DNA of 64,000 bases from the NCBI RefSeq assembly GCF_018977255.1, contig NW_024704742.1, forward strand, positions 33,172,001-33,236,000, written 5' to 3'. The position numbers and the translations under genes were made by a program. The stretch is from Callorhinchus milii (lineage: Eukaryota). The notes beneath the pieces were generated by a model that saw nothing but the letters and a program-made list of their open reading frames with translations, did no database searches and was not told where the DNA came from. Shown piece after piece: positions 1-14,424 of the stretch. Positions within the stretch are counted from its first letter, which is position 1. Each line of letters begins with the position of its first letter.

Positions 1-1567
1 CCATTCATCTCTTTGTGTCATCTGCCATGTGACAAAAGAATCACAATTTCACTGAACGCATCAGGGTGCATTTGTACATCAGGGTTTTAATAACTTACAA
101 TTGAATAATTGTCCATCAAATAGCCCTGCAGCTAATTACTTTTCCTGAAGTTCTCCATTTGAGAATAGAATAATTAAAACTATGTTTATTGAGGTTGTGT
201 ATTCGCACAACTTCAAGATCAGAACCGTTTTATGAATGTTTTTCCCCTCAATGGGTAAAGTAAAACATATTAATATATTACTACTATGGTTACAATAAAT
301 TGATTGCTTAAAATGGACTGGGAAGAGGATACTTACAGAATTAGCGAGAACTAGAAGGAATAGAGTTAAACCAGAAAAGATGAATGAAATGAAAAGATGC
401 TTCTGAATGGAGGTGGGAATAGATGGTGTCCTTCCACAAGATTATTCACAAATGCCAATTACAGTTTCACTCAGCTCACCATTCCTTTGGTAACATCACA
501 ACTGAGCATTTTATTTCCTCATTCATTCAACCGCCACATAAAAATTGGACATTGCTGTTTTACATTTAGTAACAGAAGATCATTCAAAGACCATTACTTT
601 AAAAACTAGGTGTCATTTCTAGAAAATGAAGGGTATGAACTGTACCGAGGAAGTGGATTACACCTAGTTTTTTTGGTTGATATTTGCTCTCAGTTCCACC
701 ATTTTCAAGGAATGTGTAGGTTCTCAGTTCCATGTATATCTCTATGTCAGATTTCTTCATACAGAGAAACACATTATGTAGTATGATGAAGAAAAAGGCT
801 ATCTCAAGGTATAGTCATCACAGTAACTCCAACCACAGACAGGGTGGACTTGCATAGCAGCAGGACGTTGATCTTCAACACAGGTGGTGGTGGAGGAAGC
901 CAGAGGATCATGTTATTGCCTGAATCATTTTCATAGTAGCTATGACCAATTTGCCTGAGGACGTGATGCTTATGCTGCTGTATTTATTAGGAGAAAGATG
1001 AGTATATATTCTTGTGGCTCACAAAGGCACAGGGTACTGAACTTGGGCATTTGTGTTCCGGACATTTTCACAACTGCATAGATATAATGCTCTCATTACT
1101 GCTCTGTCTGAGCATTCAAAAACCGTAGGTGTTTCAGTGCTTTGAAGCGTCAGGGTGACCTCTACATGATCTTATGATCGGCACCCCTAGTTTCTGCAAT
1201 ACATTGATCCTCTCAATGGAAAATTGAACCTATTGAACCTAGAAGGACAAAATGTTAACACGTGGATCTGTCTACATGTTCTCAGAAACTCAATCTACCT
1301 GCATGAAGCTCTTATCCAACCCACCATTTACTTTACTTTGGCTGGTGCATGCTTCCATTGGTTCTTTATCTGATGTGACTTTGTTTCTATTGGAGTTGGG
1401 ATGTGGATGCTGCCTCATCCAGTCGAAATTAAGGGTTCAGTTCACAGCAGGATCTTATGTAAAATTCAGTGGGGCCATGTAATGGAATTCTTAAAGAGAC
1501 AACGTCTTGAGGTGTTTTCTTTTCTTCTGACGCGCACACTCCCTCCTACTCCTCCCCCCCCCCCCCC

Positions 1568-1946
1568 CCCCATCCCATTGCTGATGGCAATTTTGTTTGT
1601 TTGTATTTTGAGATTCTTTAATTACTGGATTAATTGCTCGAACATAATTTTGGGTGTCAATTGCTGTTTTGCTGGCTCAAAGAGTGACAGCTACTAAAAG
1701 CTAAAATTATTGTAAGTCAAGTACATTATAGTATTTTTATGATGGGAGGGACACACACCCCATCCCATTGCTGGTGGCAATTTTGTTTGTTTGTATTTTG
1801 AGATTGAGATTCTTTAATGACTGGATTAATTGCTCAAACATAATTTTGGGTGTCAATTCCTGTTTTGCTGGCTCAAAGAGAGACAGCTACTAAAAGCTAC
1901 AATTATTGTAAAAGTACATTATAGTATTTTTATGATGGGAGGGACA
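1568..1946. repeat. Tandem duplication of a unit of about 190 bp
   Basis: catcccattgctg...tttttatgatgggagggaca occurs at about 1571-1753 and about 1761-1946 with few differences, just after a poly-C run. Confidence 0.95.
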
Positions 1947-2343
1947 ACATTGTAGCTATTCAACCAAATATATTATATCTTTGTAGTTGATCATTGTTTA
2001 TTTTAACACTGTGAAATGCAATTTTCTGTGTTTGTCTGTCTCCAAAACATATTTAAAGCAATTGCCTGTAATTTTGTTTGTGCCTTTTTATATAAAAAGC
2101 TTTTTGAGGAAATCATTAGTTTTTTGCTGTATTAGACTTTTTTTATATTTTTTAAAAACTGTGTTCTCTGCTGTGGCTGTTAGTATACTTTTTTTTAAAA
2201 CTTGTAAGCGTAGCTTCATTCACTGTTGCCATTTTTATTCCTTAAAGTTGCTGGCATTCTGTTCAGTGAAGTTTCTTTGTTCGTACTGTGACAACGTACC
2301 CTAAATTTTTTCTCCCTTCCATTCTGCCCTTGTTTCTTCACAG

Positions 2344-2416
2344 TCATTGTATACAGCAGATTCTAGAAAGTGTAAATCATTGTCACCTTAATGGGATAGT
2401 TCACAGGGACCTGAAG
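2344..2416 (+). CDS. CAMK2D: CaMKII delta kinase-domain exon (human exon 6 equivalent), gamma/delta-type variant: (S)[24 protein letters not shown]
   Basis: Pyrimidine tract + cag acceptor, gtcagt donor, 73 nt. Encodes the HRDLK catalytic loop and matches the known delta sequence. Confidence 0.96.
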
Positions 2417-3319
2417 GTCAGTATTTACCAATGAACTGCAAGCAGATATACACTGAGTAGGGGTGGGAGAACTATCTAAAAGATATCCCTTGCCTCAGCA
2501 CAATCTGCATGGTGCCTCTTCTCGATTTGCAAGCCCACAGATCTGCTATGCATCATGGCTCGAACCTTTTGAAATGCAACTCGGCAGGACTTTTCAATCT
2601 CAAAACTTTTTGAACACTGAGCATTTTTAACAGTGATTTGTAAAGATGAAAAATGTGGGTGTGCAAGTGTGTTGTGAAAGTTCCCTACCCTCCAAAAAAG
2701 ATGCTTGCTTGTGATGCATTGCAGTCTGTGAATTGAACACCACTTCTGTTCTGAGACTTGGGCTATGATAGCAACTATTTGCACAACTGGTCACACATTA
2801 CTCCACTGGAATATTAACAGCCTACAGGGCATGCCAAATAAATCTTTAAAAACAAAGAGATAAATATCAAAGCTCTGCGTTGAACCTAAACGTTACTCCT
2901 GTCTGTTGACTAGACTGTGAGTATGTTGCGGGGTGGGGGGGGGGGAGAAGCAAGTGTAAATACAACAATTGTGTTCCCTAAAGCTTTGAGGTACCGCCGC
3001 ACCTCAGCAACTATTTTCTTATTGGCTATTTATTACTTTATGGTTGCCACTGAATACCTGACCAATGGTGTTTTCCTCTTTTAGCTGTTTTCTGCTAAAA
3101 AAGGGAAGAATGTCTACACTTAACTGGAAAAAAGTGGACTATTTGTTGGTTCATGAGGTGACCATTATTCTGCTGGAGCACATGTGTGTTTAGGTCCATT
3201 AAGGATGATGCAGAAATCCCCAGTTGTTTGCTATTTATCATGAACCCAGTCTCTCCAACAGTACACAGAGAGTGAGTGTAAGCTTGGAACTAACACAAGC
3301 CCCTGGTGTTTGCATGCAG

Positions 3320-3392
3320 TCATTGCATTCAGCAGATCCTGGAGGCTGTGCTACACTGCCATCAGATGGGTGTGGTCCACCGAGACCTGAAG
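3320..3392 (+). CDS. CAMK2D: Alternative (mutually exclusive) copy of the same exon, alpha/beta-type: (S)[24 protein letters not shown]
   Basis: tgcag acceptor, gtgagt donor, also 73 nt and the same phases. Paralogous translation with HRDLK. Confidence 0.93.
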
Positions 3393-3799
3393 GTGAGTGA
3401 ATTGAAGATGGTGACATTTTGAACAGTGTCAAACAGTTCTGCAGTCATGCGTGAGGTAAAAGCGTACTCCGTTATTCCTTCCCTTTCTTCCTACTCCCTC
3501 TTCCCCACTGCTCAGGGCTCCAAATAAACATGTGGGCCAGATAGAAGAGGTTTAACATGTGTACAATTATACATGGCATACTAAATATAGGATAGCTTGT
3601 AGTAGATCTAGTTTAGGAGGAGCATCTTCACACAGAGGGTGGCGAGACAGTGGAACTCACTGTCGGAAACTATGATTAAAGCAATTTATTTTTGCAATTA
3701 ACATTGATGTAATTAAGAGAAAACATGTTGCTTACACAAGGGAGCAGTGAATAGAGGAATATAGGATAGGGGAAAAGAAGAAGTGGGTCTTGTGTGAAG

Positions 3800-3965
3800 T
3801 ATAAACACTGACCTCAACTGATTTGGCAATATTGCCCAGAATCTTGTTTTCTTGCTTATTGCTATATCACATTGTTTTGACATAGTGAGCGATGAGTCAA
3901 CAAATACCCCTAGGTTTCTTTTAGGTTCCACCTTGGCAAGTTCCACTCCATCCATTCAAAATATC
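3800..3965 (-). mobile_element. CR1-type LINE ORF2 fragment
   Basis: ORF 3713..3955 reads ELAKVEPKRNLGVFVDSSLTMSKQCDIAISK, like the CR1 'EKDLGV.VD..L..S.QC' motif. Confidence 0.7.
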
Positions 3966-4039
3966 CATTGAATTTTTTTTTAACTTTCTATATGCAGGAC
4001 TTTGTTTCTGTATGTATTGAATTCTGTAGAACTATAAAC

Positions 4040-4174
4040 AAAACGCAAAATACTGCAGATTCAGGAAATCTGAATCAAAAACAGAAGTCACTGGGAACAC
4101 TCAGCAGGTCAGGCAGCATCTATGGAGAAAGGAAAGTGAGTCAACGTTTCGGGTCCATGACCCTTCGTCAGAAC
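4040..4174 (-). mobile_element. Penelope-like element terminal fragment carrying a minimal hammerhead core
   Basis: The - strand reads CTGACGA-AGGGTC-ATG-GACCC-GAAACGTTG followed by ccatagatgctgcctgacctgctgag. A related degenerate copy lies at about 47090-47170. Confidence 0.65.
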
Positions 4175-6341
4175 GTTCTACCGTCAGATAAATTAATGAT
4201 GCTCATTGTAATTGCCTCGACTTTATGATTGCCTCAGCTTAATATAAAACCTGTGTTAGATTGGACAAAAGAATGACCCTACGTTAGTTACGCTTTCATG
4301 TAGTAATGTTTCTCTCAATCTTTGTCCATCTTCCTCCAGTTCCACTGATTTAAACTGTATTTGACCCCATTCCCTCAGGAAGAACACACATGTACTGTCT
4401 GTATTTTTAATCTTTCAATGAGTAGAAAGAAATGGATGGAAGCATCAGAATATTGTTTTCAGGATGCATATCAACCAAAACAATTTGTTTTAAGCTCTAT
4501 GCTTTGCCTGTTACACGCATGACTGTAGTTACCTGACTCTTCAGCCTGATATTCGTATGCATTTTCTTTAGCAACTCTGAATGACCCACTAACTTTGCTG
4601 CTGAGCAACAAAGCTACTGCCAGATCTATTGTGCTGCACAGTCTCAAAATCCTATGCATTTCTGCTCTTGTGTCCCAATTGTGGGTAGCTGACACAAGAT
4701 GAATGCTCAGTGCATTTCATCCTGTATTTAACCACCAAGTGCGTGATACTTAAAGTGTTGCAGTGTCTCTTCCTATGGGTATAGTAGTTCATTATTAGGA
4801 ACCAAAGTCATTTTGATTGTCATGAAGGCTATGTGTTAATGAAATAAGAAAAACATGCACTTTTGTGCCAACAAAATTTGAAATAACACCTAAAATGTAT
4901 AAGCGTTTCAGTTGTTCACCAGACAATCTGGAAGTGACCCTTCTTATTTGTCTATTATGGCCGTCTATAATGCTGGTCTCAGCAGTCGATGTAAATGGGT
5001 CAAGTTGAATTATTGCTAGTTTTCTTTTTTTAAACTCCTCTTTCTCAGTCGAAATTTCTCGATTTTGTGCAGGATATTCTGGCAGTAAAGTTGAAAATTG
5101 ATACATCTTTGCCTCCCCTTGAGCTAAGCCATTTATATGACCAGTTGTTCCTCAGATTGTGCTTCAGGGTTTTTTTTAGCATCAGCTGCAAATGATCCAG
5201 TGGAGACCAACTTGTCAGAAGAACATGTCTATTGGAAATCAGTGTAAAAGTCCTATATAAACTAGAAAGCAAAGCTCATAGCATCTCTAATATTATGCAG
5301 GTCTTCACTTTAAAGACAATCTCTTAAACAATGGTGGTTCACTACCTATAGTAGTTTGACAGAATTTCACCTAAATGTCCTATTTTCCCCAAAACTTGCC
5401 AGTTTAAGGACTAGAAAGAGAAATCAATATCAGCTGGTTTAACATTAATTCCTGTTGTGCTTTTACTGAAAAATAAAATTTGATTGGATCTTTGATTATG
5501 GTTTTGCATATAAAACGACCATTTGTATTTTGGATAAGGCAGTAACCACAAATAAGAAGATGCTTTCAACTATTTTTAAATTGCTAGTCTTGAATTATTT
5601 TTAAGACCAGCTCAATTGAACGACTAGTTCGTTTTTCAGATTTGTCCAGTTTTGAACCCAAAAACAAGCATGACAATGTAAAGGCTGAGAATCACTTCAA
5701 ACCACACTAAAATTCTGAGTTTATACCAGATTGGATTTGCTGAAGAAAGATGCACTCTATATGAATGACATACTCTCTATATTGTATGAAATGTAGTGAT
5801 TTCAAACTGGATTCATTAAACAGGAATATGAATGGGCACTACTTCCAAAAACTGGAAGTACGTAATTCTGAAACACAAGAACTCGCTGCGAAAGCAGATT
5901 GCATCAGAGGGAATAATCTTGAGTTCGTTAGATATGCTTCAGATTCCTTAATTACAGAATTTTATTTGAAATTGATGTGTTTTAAATGGGTGTTCACTGC
6001 TAAATTGGAAATCACTCTAGTTGATAACAATTTAAATTAACATTTTAATAATGACTCAACCTCTTATGTATCAATCTCTGCTGTATGTAAATAAGTTACT
6101 ATTTAAGAAATGAACAACACCCTTGTTGTTTGGAGCCTTACAAGAACAACTGCTCATGTAGGCCTGGTGCTCTGGGATGTAAATAAGATTCTCGTTTGGT
6201 GATCTTTAACTAACTATTCAGTACAGTTGATTCATTGATTTTTTAAAAATCTCTAGAATTGTTGAGTGATATTAACATGAGGAAAACAAAAGCTTATTTA
6301 AGGGTAAACCAAACATCTAATATATGGTGAATATCTGCTGA

Positions 6342-6476
<135 letters not shown>

Positions 6477-7090
6477 TAAGTCGTGAAAATAGTTTCTGTT
6501 TGGTTAAATAGAAAGGCCTGATTTCACTAGTCAAAGTTCTGTTAACAATATGTTTTTTTTTAAAAATAGCTACTATATTATGTTCATCACATATGAAAAT
6601 TGGAATGATCTGTATAATTAGGGGGAACTTTGTGACATTTCTTCTTTTTTAAAAAAACACTAAACAGCCTCTGGGTGGCAGCACCTCCTCCGACAGATTG
6701 GGCTCTCCTGACTGAACTTTCAGAGATCAATTGGCCAATCCAACTCATCAGAAAGAGTCTTTTCTCCCTAGCTCACATGTGTCACAAATTAATGCGTATT
6801 TATAAATGATATGTAATACCAGAAAAATAAACATGATCTTTGCTGGGACTTGAAATGACTAACTTAGTGGTTCAAAGTACAGTGTGAAGTAGCCTTGGAT
6901 TGCTTTAGATTCCAAATTTGTGGCTTATTCAGAAAGCCACCACACTTATCTATGAGAGCAAGCAAGGATGATAAGCAAACTGATCCCTTGTGAGGAATGT
7001 GGTGCTGCAATTTAAACAAAATATTGAGTGGGTTGGACAAATTAAGTCACAGTTAACAATTTGGTGACTGATATTGGTTCTGTTCCTTAG

Positions 7091-7234
<144 letters not shown>

Positions 7235-8183
7235 TAGCAATTTTTTTTATCTTTACAAAAATCACTTTGTTTTGTACTGTTAAATATTACTGTGGATGGT
7301 TACAATTCGAACATTATACATAATAAAATATGGAACTCTACTGACATTCAATTTCCTGAGAGAAACCACTGAAATGTGTTCTATAGTTATGCCCCCCCTC
7401 CACCCGAGAGTAATTTTATTTGTGAACACTGATGGCGTGCAACTATTCTGCGTTCAAAAAGTCAATACACTTTACAGCATATTGTGTGATATCCTATCAA
7501 TGTGAGCGGCATTATAGCAAAAGCAAGGTTTATTTTATTTTTCTGTGATAACTGTGATTCCCGATTGGAAATATCAATAACCATTTAATTCACAAAATGG
7601 CTGATCATTTTTTTTCAATGTTAAAAAGAAGAGGTATATCTGTTTTGGAAAATTATGTCCTTTCTCATTCATTGCACATCTGTTCATCTCATGATTCGGG
7701 GTGAATGGGAGAAATAGTCTGTTAGCATTTAAGAGCTTTTGCCTTGTCAGCTCCTCACTTCTCCCAGGTCAATGAAATTAACTTCCTTGGATTGGGTAGT
7801 ATGAGGGGAATCCCCATGTTTGAATTGGTTCCAAGGATATGTATCTGGTGTATAATCCAAGACACTGTTAATAGTTGACCAGTTGACTGGCTTATCATTG
7901 AGTAGACATACACAATACAGTACAAATTTATGTTTGGAACCTTTCACGTTGGGAGAACATCTGAAAGCAGTTGGGTTCATTTGACATAGCCTCAAACTGC
8001 AAGACAAACCACTGATGGAAAGGGAGGTCTTAACTGGACAAATGCATTGACACTTATCAAAGCTGTATTGGTTGTTTGAGGGTCAATGGACTGTGTATAG
8101 GACAAATAACCCATTTAATTACTGAGCTTGAGCTCTTAGTCCTACTGATTATTGCTTTTAGTGCACTCTGGGTTACTTAATAA

Positions 8184-8342
<159 letters not shown>

Positions 8343-9329
8343 TAGGTCTTTGTTGGATTTGGGAAATGTTAGTGACATACATTAGAAATGTAATTCTTGC
8401 TGAGTGCATTGCTCAATAAATGACAAGATATATTTCCATGTTGTGCTGATTGACACAAGTATATGTTTCATTTGTTTCCCTCTCATCAGTTCCTGAGCTG
8501 CAATTGAGCTTTCTCTGCACCTGCTGCCTTTGACTAGTGGTGTGATCACATCTACACCAAAGCTCATGATAATTGAGCAACTGTGTAATGTCACCATCCC
8601 ATCAATCTTGTAAACAGTGCAAGCAATAAAATGCTTTGCTTAGATAGGAAATCTACTAAAGACATCTTGTTAACATGAGGATTTCCAGAAGCAAGAGTGA
8701 CATCTGGCTCAAATTGATGGAACACCATTCATCTAATTGAAGTGAACATAACCTTTGGTGCCATATCTACAAAAGGTGTTTGACAGTGAATGTGAGATTA
8801 ATATCGTGCAATATTACACAGAAGATGGGCCTTAGGATATTAATCCAGGAGATACTGCCTCCACAAAATGAAGAATGATTAATCTGCTCTATCTCACCTT
8901 TCGTCTGTCCGTGTTCATCTACTGGTGTGCCTGTGTTCTATAAATATACCAGCTGCTAAACAGGCCAGTCCAGCACTGATAAATCAGGGGTCTGCTTTTT
9001 TGTCAGACTTAATGTCAATGGCTTTTGCCATCATCTTTTTTTGATTTAACACCAAATGCCAAATCACTAGAAATTGTTTATTCATCCGCACAATGAGTCT
9101 GGGTGGGGGGAGTTTACTCTGCCACTTCAATCTGTACTTTTGGTAAGAGTCTGTTTGGCCTTAATTTCCTGGCTCCTGATGTGATATATTTGGCTTCTGC
9201 AGAAATATCATTATACATCAGGATACCCCAGAACATCCGTGCTATGTGTGTACAATGATCAGATAAGATAGACTAATCAATCTTGAAGATAGACATCTTA
9301 GAGGGATCCTTGGAAAGACAACAACATTT

Positions 9330-9745
9330 TAAATGAGTTTGAGAAATTGATTCAGAACAATGCTTTCACCAAGATGGCACAGCAACAACAACAGGGTTGC
9401 AAAGGACAATTTTTAGACAGAAACCAAGAAATATTTATTTATCCAGAAGGGAATTAACGACTGAAACAGGCTACCAGGATGGATGGTTGTGGTGAGAATG
9501 CTGGAATCATTTTTTTTAAACAAAAGCCTAATGCTATAATGGGAGGACAAAAGGGTGGGTATTTTGCAAGGATGGGATCATTTGATCCACAGGGTGCCCT
9601 CTTCATCCAAGTGTCTCTTGTATCCTTTTTACTGTTAACTAATTTTGCAAGAAGGCTCTTGAGGCCATTAACTGCTTTTCTTGCCTGCTGCAAATGTTGC
9701 ATCGAATTACTAGGTTTCCTGGATATATTTAAGCATTGATCCATT
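9330..9745 (+). mobile_element. Degenerate CR1-type LINE 3' fragment
   Basis: Similar to the CR1 3' ends at 37.2 kb and 62.7 kb (ttta..cagaaggg..aacgactgaaacaggctacca). Boundaries approximate. Confidence 0.5.
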
Positions 9746-10444
9746 GGGACAGTTTCTGGCAGACTTCTTTATACACGTGTGTGTTTTTCAGATTGCTTAT
9801 GCTGTCGTTATCATGGTGTGGAACAAACACATGCATCCAAATTATCAAACCCATTTTTTCCATGGATCACTTATAATCCAGCTAATTATGGATTAATCCA
9901 TTGAGGGGAAAATCAAAATAAAACTAGTTTCCTGTAAAATATCATGTGAAAAATGCAGTGTTTCATGATAGGTTTGATAATTACTGCATTGAACTTTTAA
10001 TGATTTTTAAAAAAAAATAACCCCATTACATCAAGAATTAAATAAAAATGTTAAAATGGCTGATTCCACGTCCTGCATGCTTCTAACCTGGCAATTTCCC
10101 CCCCCCCCCAGATTACATTCTCACGACCCAGCAACACCAGAAATATTTTCCGCTGTACTTGATATCTATCTCCTTTTATCCTTGAAACCCATTTGATATC
10201 TGTAATAATGATATTTTGCTCTCATTTAGAAAAAGCTTGTTCTTCCCTGTAATATTTCATCATCTGCTCATGTGTCACTACCACCCTCACAATGTCATTT
10301 CTGCAAACACTGTCTGGTCACCTAACTGAATGGTGCTGGTTCTCCAAAGCTCAGAACAGAATTTCCTTATCCAGTGATATGGCTTTCCTCATATTCAGTA
10401 CTAAGCTGAATAACTGTCCCCAGACATACATTACACTAATGTAA

Positions 10445-10744
<300 letters not shown>

Positions 10745-11728
10745 TAGAGTTTTGAAAAACAGGAGACTGAAAATATTAGCTTCTGCCTTTATTAGTATTA
10801 AAATCTCATAAAAGAATGCTTCATGGATGCAGAATGATGGATCAGGCTTGCGTTATTACACAGTCCTGAGCTTGGTTCCAGTGCCTCCCGACATGAAAGG
10901 TGCTATACAAATGTAATTTGTTGTTGTTGGTTGTGAGCGTTTCGTTTATGTGGTAGAAATTGTGCAAGTCCCTGGGAAAATTGTGCAAGTCCCTCCTAAA
11001 TTGTTTTATGTCTAAAATTGCTTTCTGTTAATTAAAAATGCCCCATTCTTTATTTGTGTTTGAAAGTCTGTTCCCATGGTAAAAACACATTTGAATGTAT
11101 GGAATATTAGCCTTGTGAAACCACATACTAAGCATGTATAGAGGGCATCTGATGTTGAAGATCTAATATTAGTTTGCAGTGAGATTGTTTTCAGCAACCC
11201 AGCCGCAGAAAAGTCAATGCAAAAATGTAGCTGAAGGCACAATTGTGAATCATGCATCATTTTATTGAACCAAGTTACAGTTTAGAAAGTAAATTTTATT
11301 TTTCTTTGTTGTTCATGAACAAAACGTCTACCTGTGAATTTGGTCTGCCACCATAAAGGGCATTTTGCTCAATAATTACTTTGACTTTGAAATTAGCGTT
11401 CCCCAGTGATTTTTCTAGACAATTGATGTTTTTAATTTATTTGAATTAATAAAAGGTTTGCAATAGTTGGGACTAAAGACAGTAATAGTTTTTCTCAAGA
11501 AGGAAACTGGAGGAACATCACACTGGCATGATCTACTTTCAGAGTACAGTTCCAAGGGATAATAGCTGTTTCCATTTTACCAGAAGGAGACTCCACTTAG
11601 ATTTATTTTTAAGGAATCCCATTGGAAATTTTAGATCCTGGTGTCTTTAAATGTATTCCGATGTTTAAAACTCTCATTTTAGAAATGATCACAACAAGGT
11701 TATAAAACTGTCTGGAAAAGTAAGCTAG

Positions 11729-11959
<231 letters not shown>

Positions 11960-13194
11960 TAAAATGGTAAGTGCTCTGGAACACTACCCTGCATGAGGGG
12001 TGCTATATAAATACAAATTGTTGTTATAAAAGAAAATTGTGAAAATTTAGCAACTTGTTTTATACATGAGATTAGAAGTTTAATTACCAATCATTTGATC
12101 TTGATAAAAATGTTTCTTGTAATAGCTCAAAATGGGGAGAGGTATTAAGCAGTTTAACGATGGTGAGGGTAGGAGGTATGAGGGCATGCTCTATGTTTCT
12201 CTTCCATTAGTCCATTAGTCCTGTAGCACATTTTAAGCAGACATGGAAAAGAGCACAGTGTGTTCAGGAGAGATGGGAGCTTTATGGGTTATGGTTATGG
12301 AGGTATCTTGAAGTCAACTGATGTTCAACTACATGGAAAATCGTTTGATGACGAAGCTGCTGGAGATGACACTTAACGGCAAAGTGCAGGGAGATTAAGT
12401 CTCAAATTCCACCTTTACTTGATAATGAGTTACGACCAGACTGTCTGAGCACTGGCCAACAATGTTTAACACACATAAGGATAAGTATGGGAATGCATAT
12501 TCAATGAGGAAGTTGTAAACGTGTACATGATGTAGGTGGAGTTAGCAAACATGGTGAATGAAATACATGTGGGTGTGATTCCTGTTTATTATTGAAAGGT
12601 TTCTATTGTCAGCCTGCCTCAGCTGGTGGCACTCTCACCTTTTGAGTCGGAAAGATGAAGGTTCAAACCACATACTTTGAATTTATAATGTCTCAGGACT
12701 TGCACCTATGCTAAGACTGGAGAGCAATGCTGTCCCAGGACACAGGCAGAAACTCCTTCTCTTTTCAGTGTTCCTCTGCGTTAGAGTATCAGCCTAGAGT
12801 ACGAGAGTTCAAAGTCCTAATGTGGGGTAACATCCCACAACATTTTGACTCTGAGACAAGAGTGCTGCTATCTGAGCCAGACTAATACCTAGGCATTAAT
12901 AGGGTGGTTCCTGAAATCCACCCGAATCACAAAGTAGACTGGTTCTAAAATGAATTAATCATTTAACCAGAAGAAAATGTCGTAACCTTCACAAATCAAG
13001 GCCTGCTCCTGTAAATATAAAATGAACAAAATGTACAAAGATTTAACATGTAAACTCTGAAAAGCCAATTAAAATAAGCCTGCCAGACTGGAATATTGAG
13101 AGGTCATTTGTGTTTCTGGTTTTGTTGCCTAAATAAACATTGCTGATGTATACTTGAGCTAATTTTTCTGAAGTTGTTCCTGATTCCTTTTCAG

Positions 13195-13237
13195 GGTGCT
13201 ATTCTCACAACTATGTTGGCCACAAGGAACTTCTCAG
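13195..13237 (+). CDS. CAMK2D: Calmodulin-binding exon GAILTTMLATRNFS (Thr306/307)
   Basis: cag/gtgcgt boundaries, 43 nt. Confidence 0.96.
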
Positions 13238-13610
13238 GTGCGTATCAAGTAATGCTAGTGCACAGTCTATGTAATACTTATGCAGAGATTTAAAACGTTT
13301 TGAGTAAAGAAAGCATTTGTTTATCAAATCCCCGGCTTTTCTTACTTGTTTTGTTACAACGTGCTGTGGAACTTTCATCATTGTAAAGCATTTGGTTTAC
13401 TCAAATTTATGTTATGAGATGACACATCTATTTAAATGTAGTCAAACTACCTACAAAATATTCATGATGCTGTGAGCCTGTGTGGAGAAAGTACCTTAAC
13501 ATGTATGCCTGGAGGGTTTTCCCAGACTCGTTTTTTTAAAGATAATTTATTTGGGATACTTTTCGCATTTCTCTGACTGTTTGTGATGGTATTGCTTACC
13601 AAGGTTGTGC

Positions 13611-13667
13611 TAGTGTATGCAGTTTCTTAAGAACCATAAACAGGTTCTTAAGAAACTGCATACACTA
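13611..13667. repeat. Perfect inverted repeat, 25-bp stem with 7-nt loop
   Basis: tagtgtatgcagtttcttaagaacc - ataaaca - ggttcttaagaaactgcatacacta. Confidence 0.97.
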
Positions 13668-14424
13668 TCTTGCTCTAATTATTAAGTTATTAAAATGCCT
13701 CTGCAGGATTCCATACTATACTTCGGTGAGATGAGAACAGTGGAGTCGATAGCCATTATATTGTGTCTGCAGTTGGAGATTTTCTTACCAGTGGAATCGT
13801 CAATTTGTCCAACTTACTTGCTGTCCCTCCACTGGAAAGTCCTCAGTTGAAACCATCTGATTGAAGGAATTCCTATGGGAGTCTTTACCACATAGAGCCA
13901 AACCTGAGATGGTACACAGTATCTTCTCTGCTTCACTTGCAGAATAATGTGAGATATAACATAGCTTTGAATTCTGCAAAGCCATTTAACCTCTGTTTGG
14001 AATAGTGTAACTACTTGGATTAGATTTGTGACTTTACGACAGTGAATTTTATGGAAAGGGGAGATGCATTTTTTAAAAAAATGCTTTTTTAAAAGGCATA
14101 ATATGGAATTGATCTGTATAAACTAAAATTAACAAGAGAAATCTGAATGACTTGGCTTAAACCTTTGTATAATTAGTTTTATATTAATACATATATAATA
14201 AAAGGTGCCACAAACCTACAATTATTTTTCGGGACCCTCAATGGTGTGAGGATATTATCTATGATTGTAGACCTAGATGTAAACTACGTTTTTTTTTCTC
14301 ACCCAATGTGTCAGATCATTGTGAATTTACATCTTTCTAGTTGAGCAGTGTGCAATTTATTCCATTCATAATTTGGAATAAAACTCCTGACATTGACAGA
14401 GGGGTGGGAGTCGGATGGAGAAAC

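Noticed and set aside
1..2343. Upstream CAMK2D exons (for example [21 protein letters not shown])
   Set aside because: Not found by eye; they must lie outside the window.
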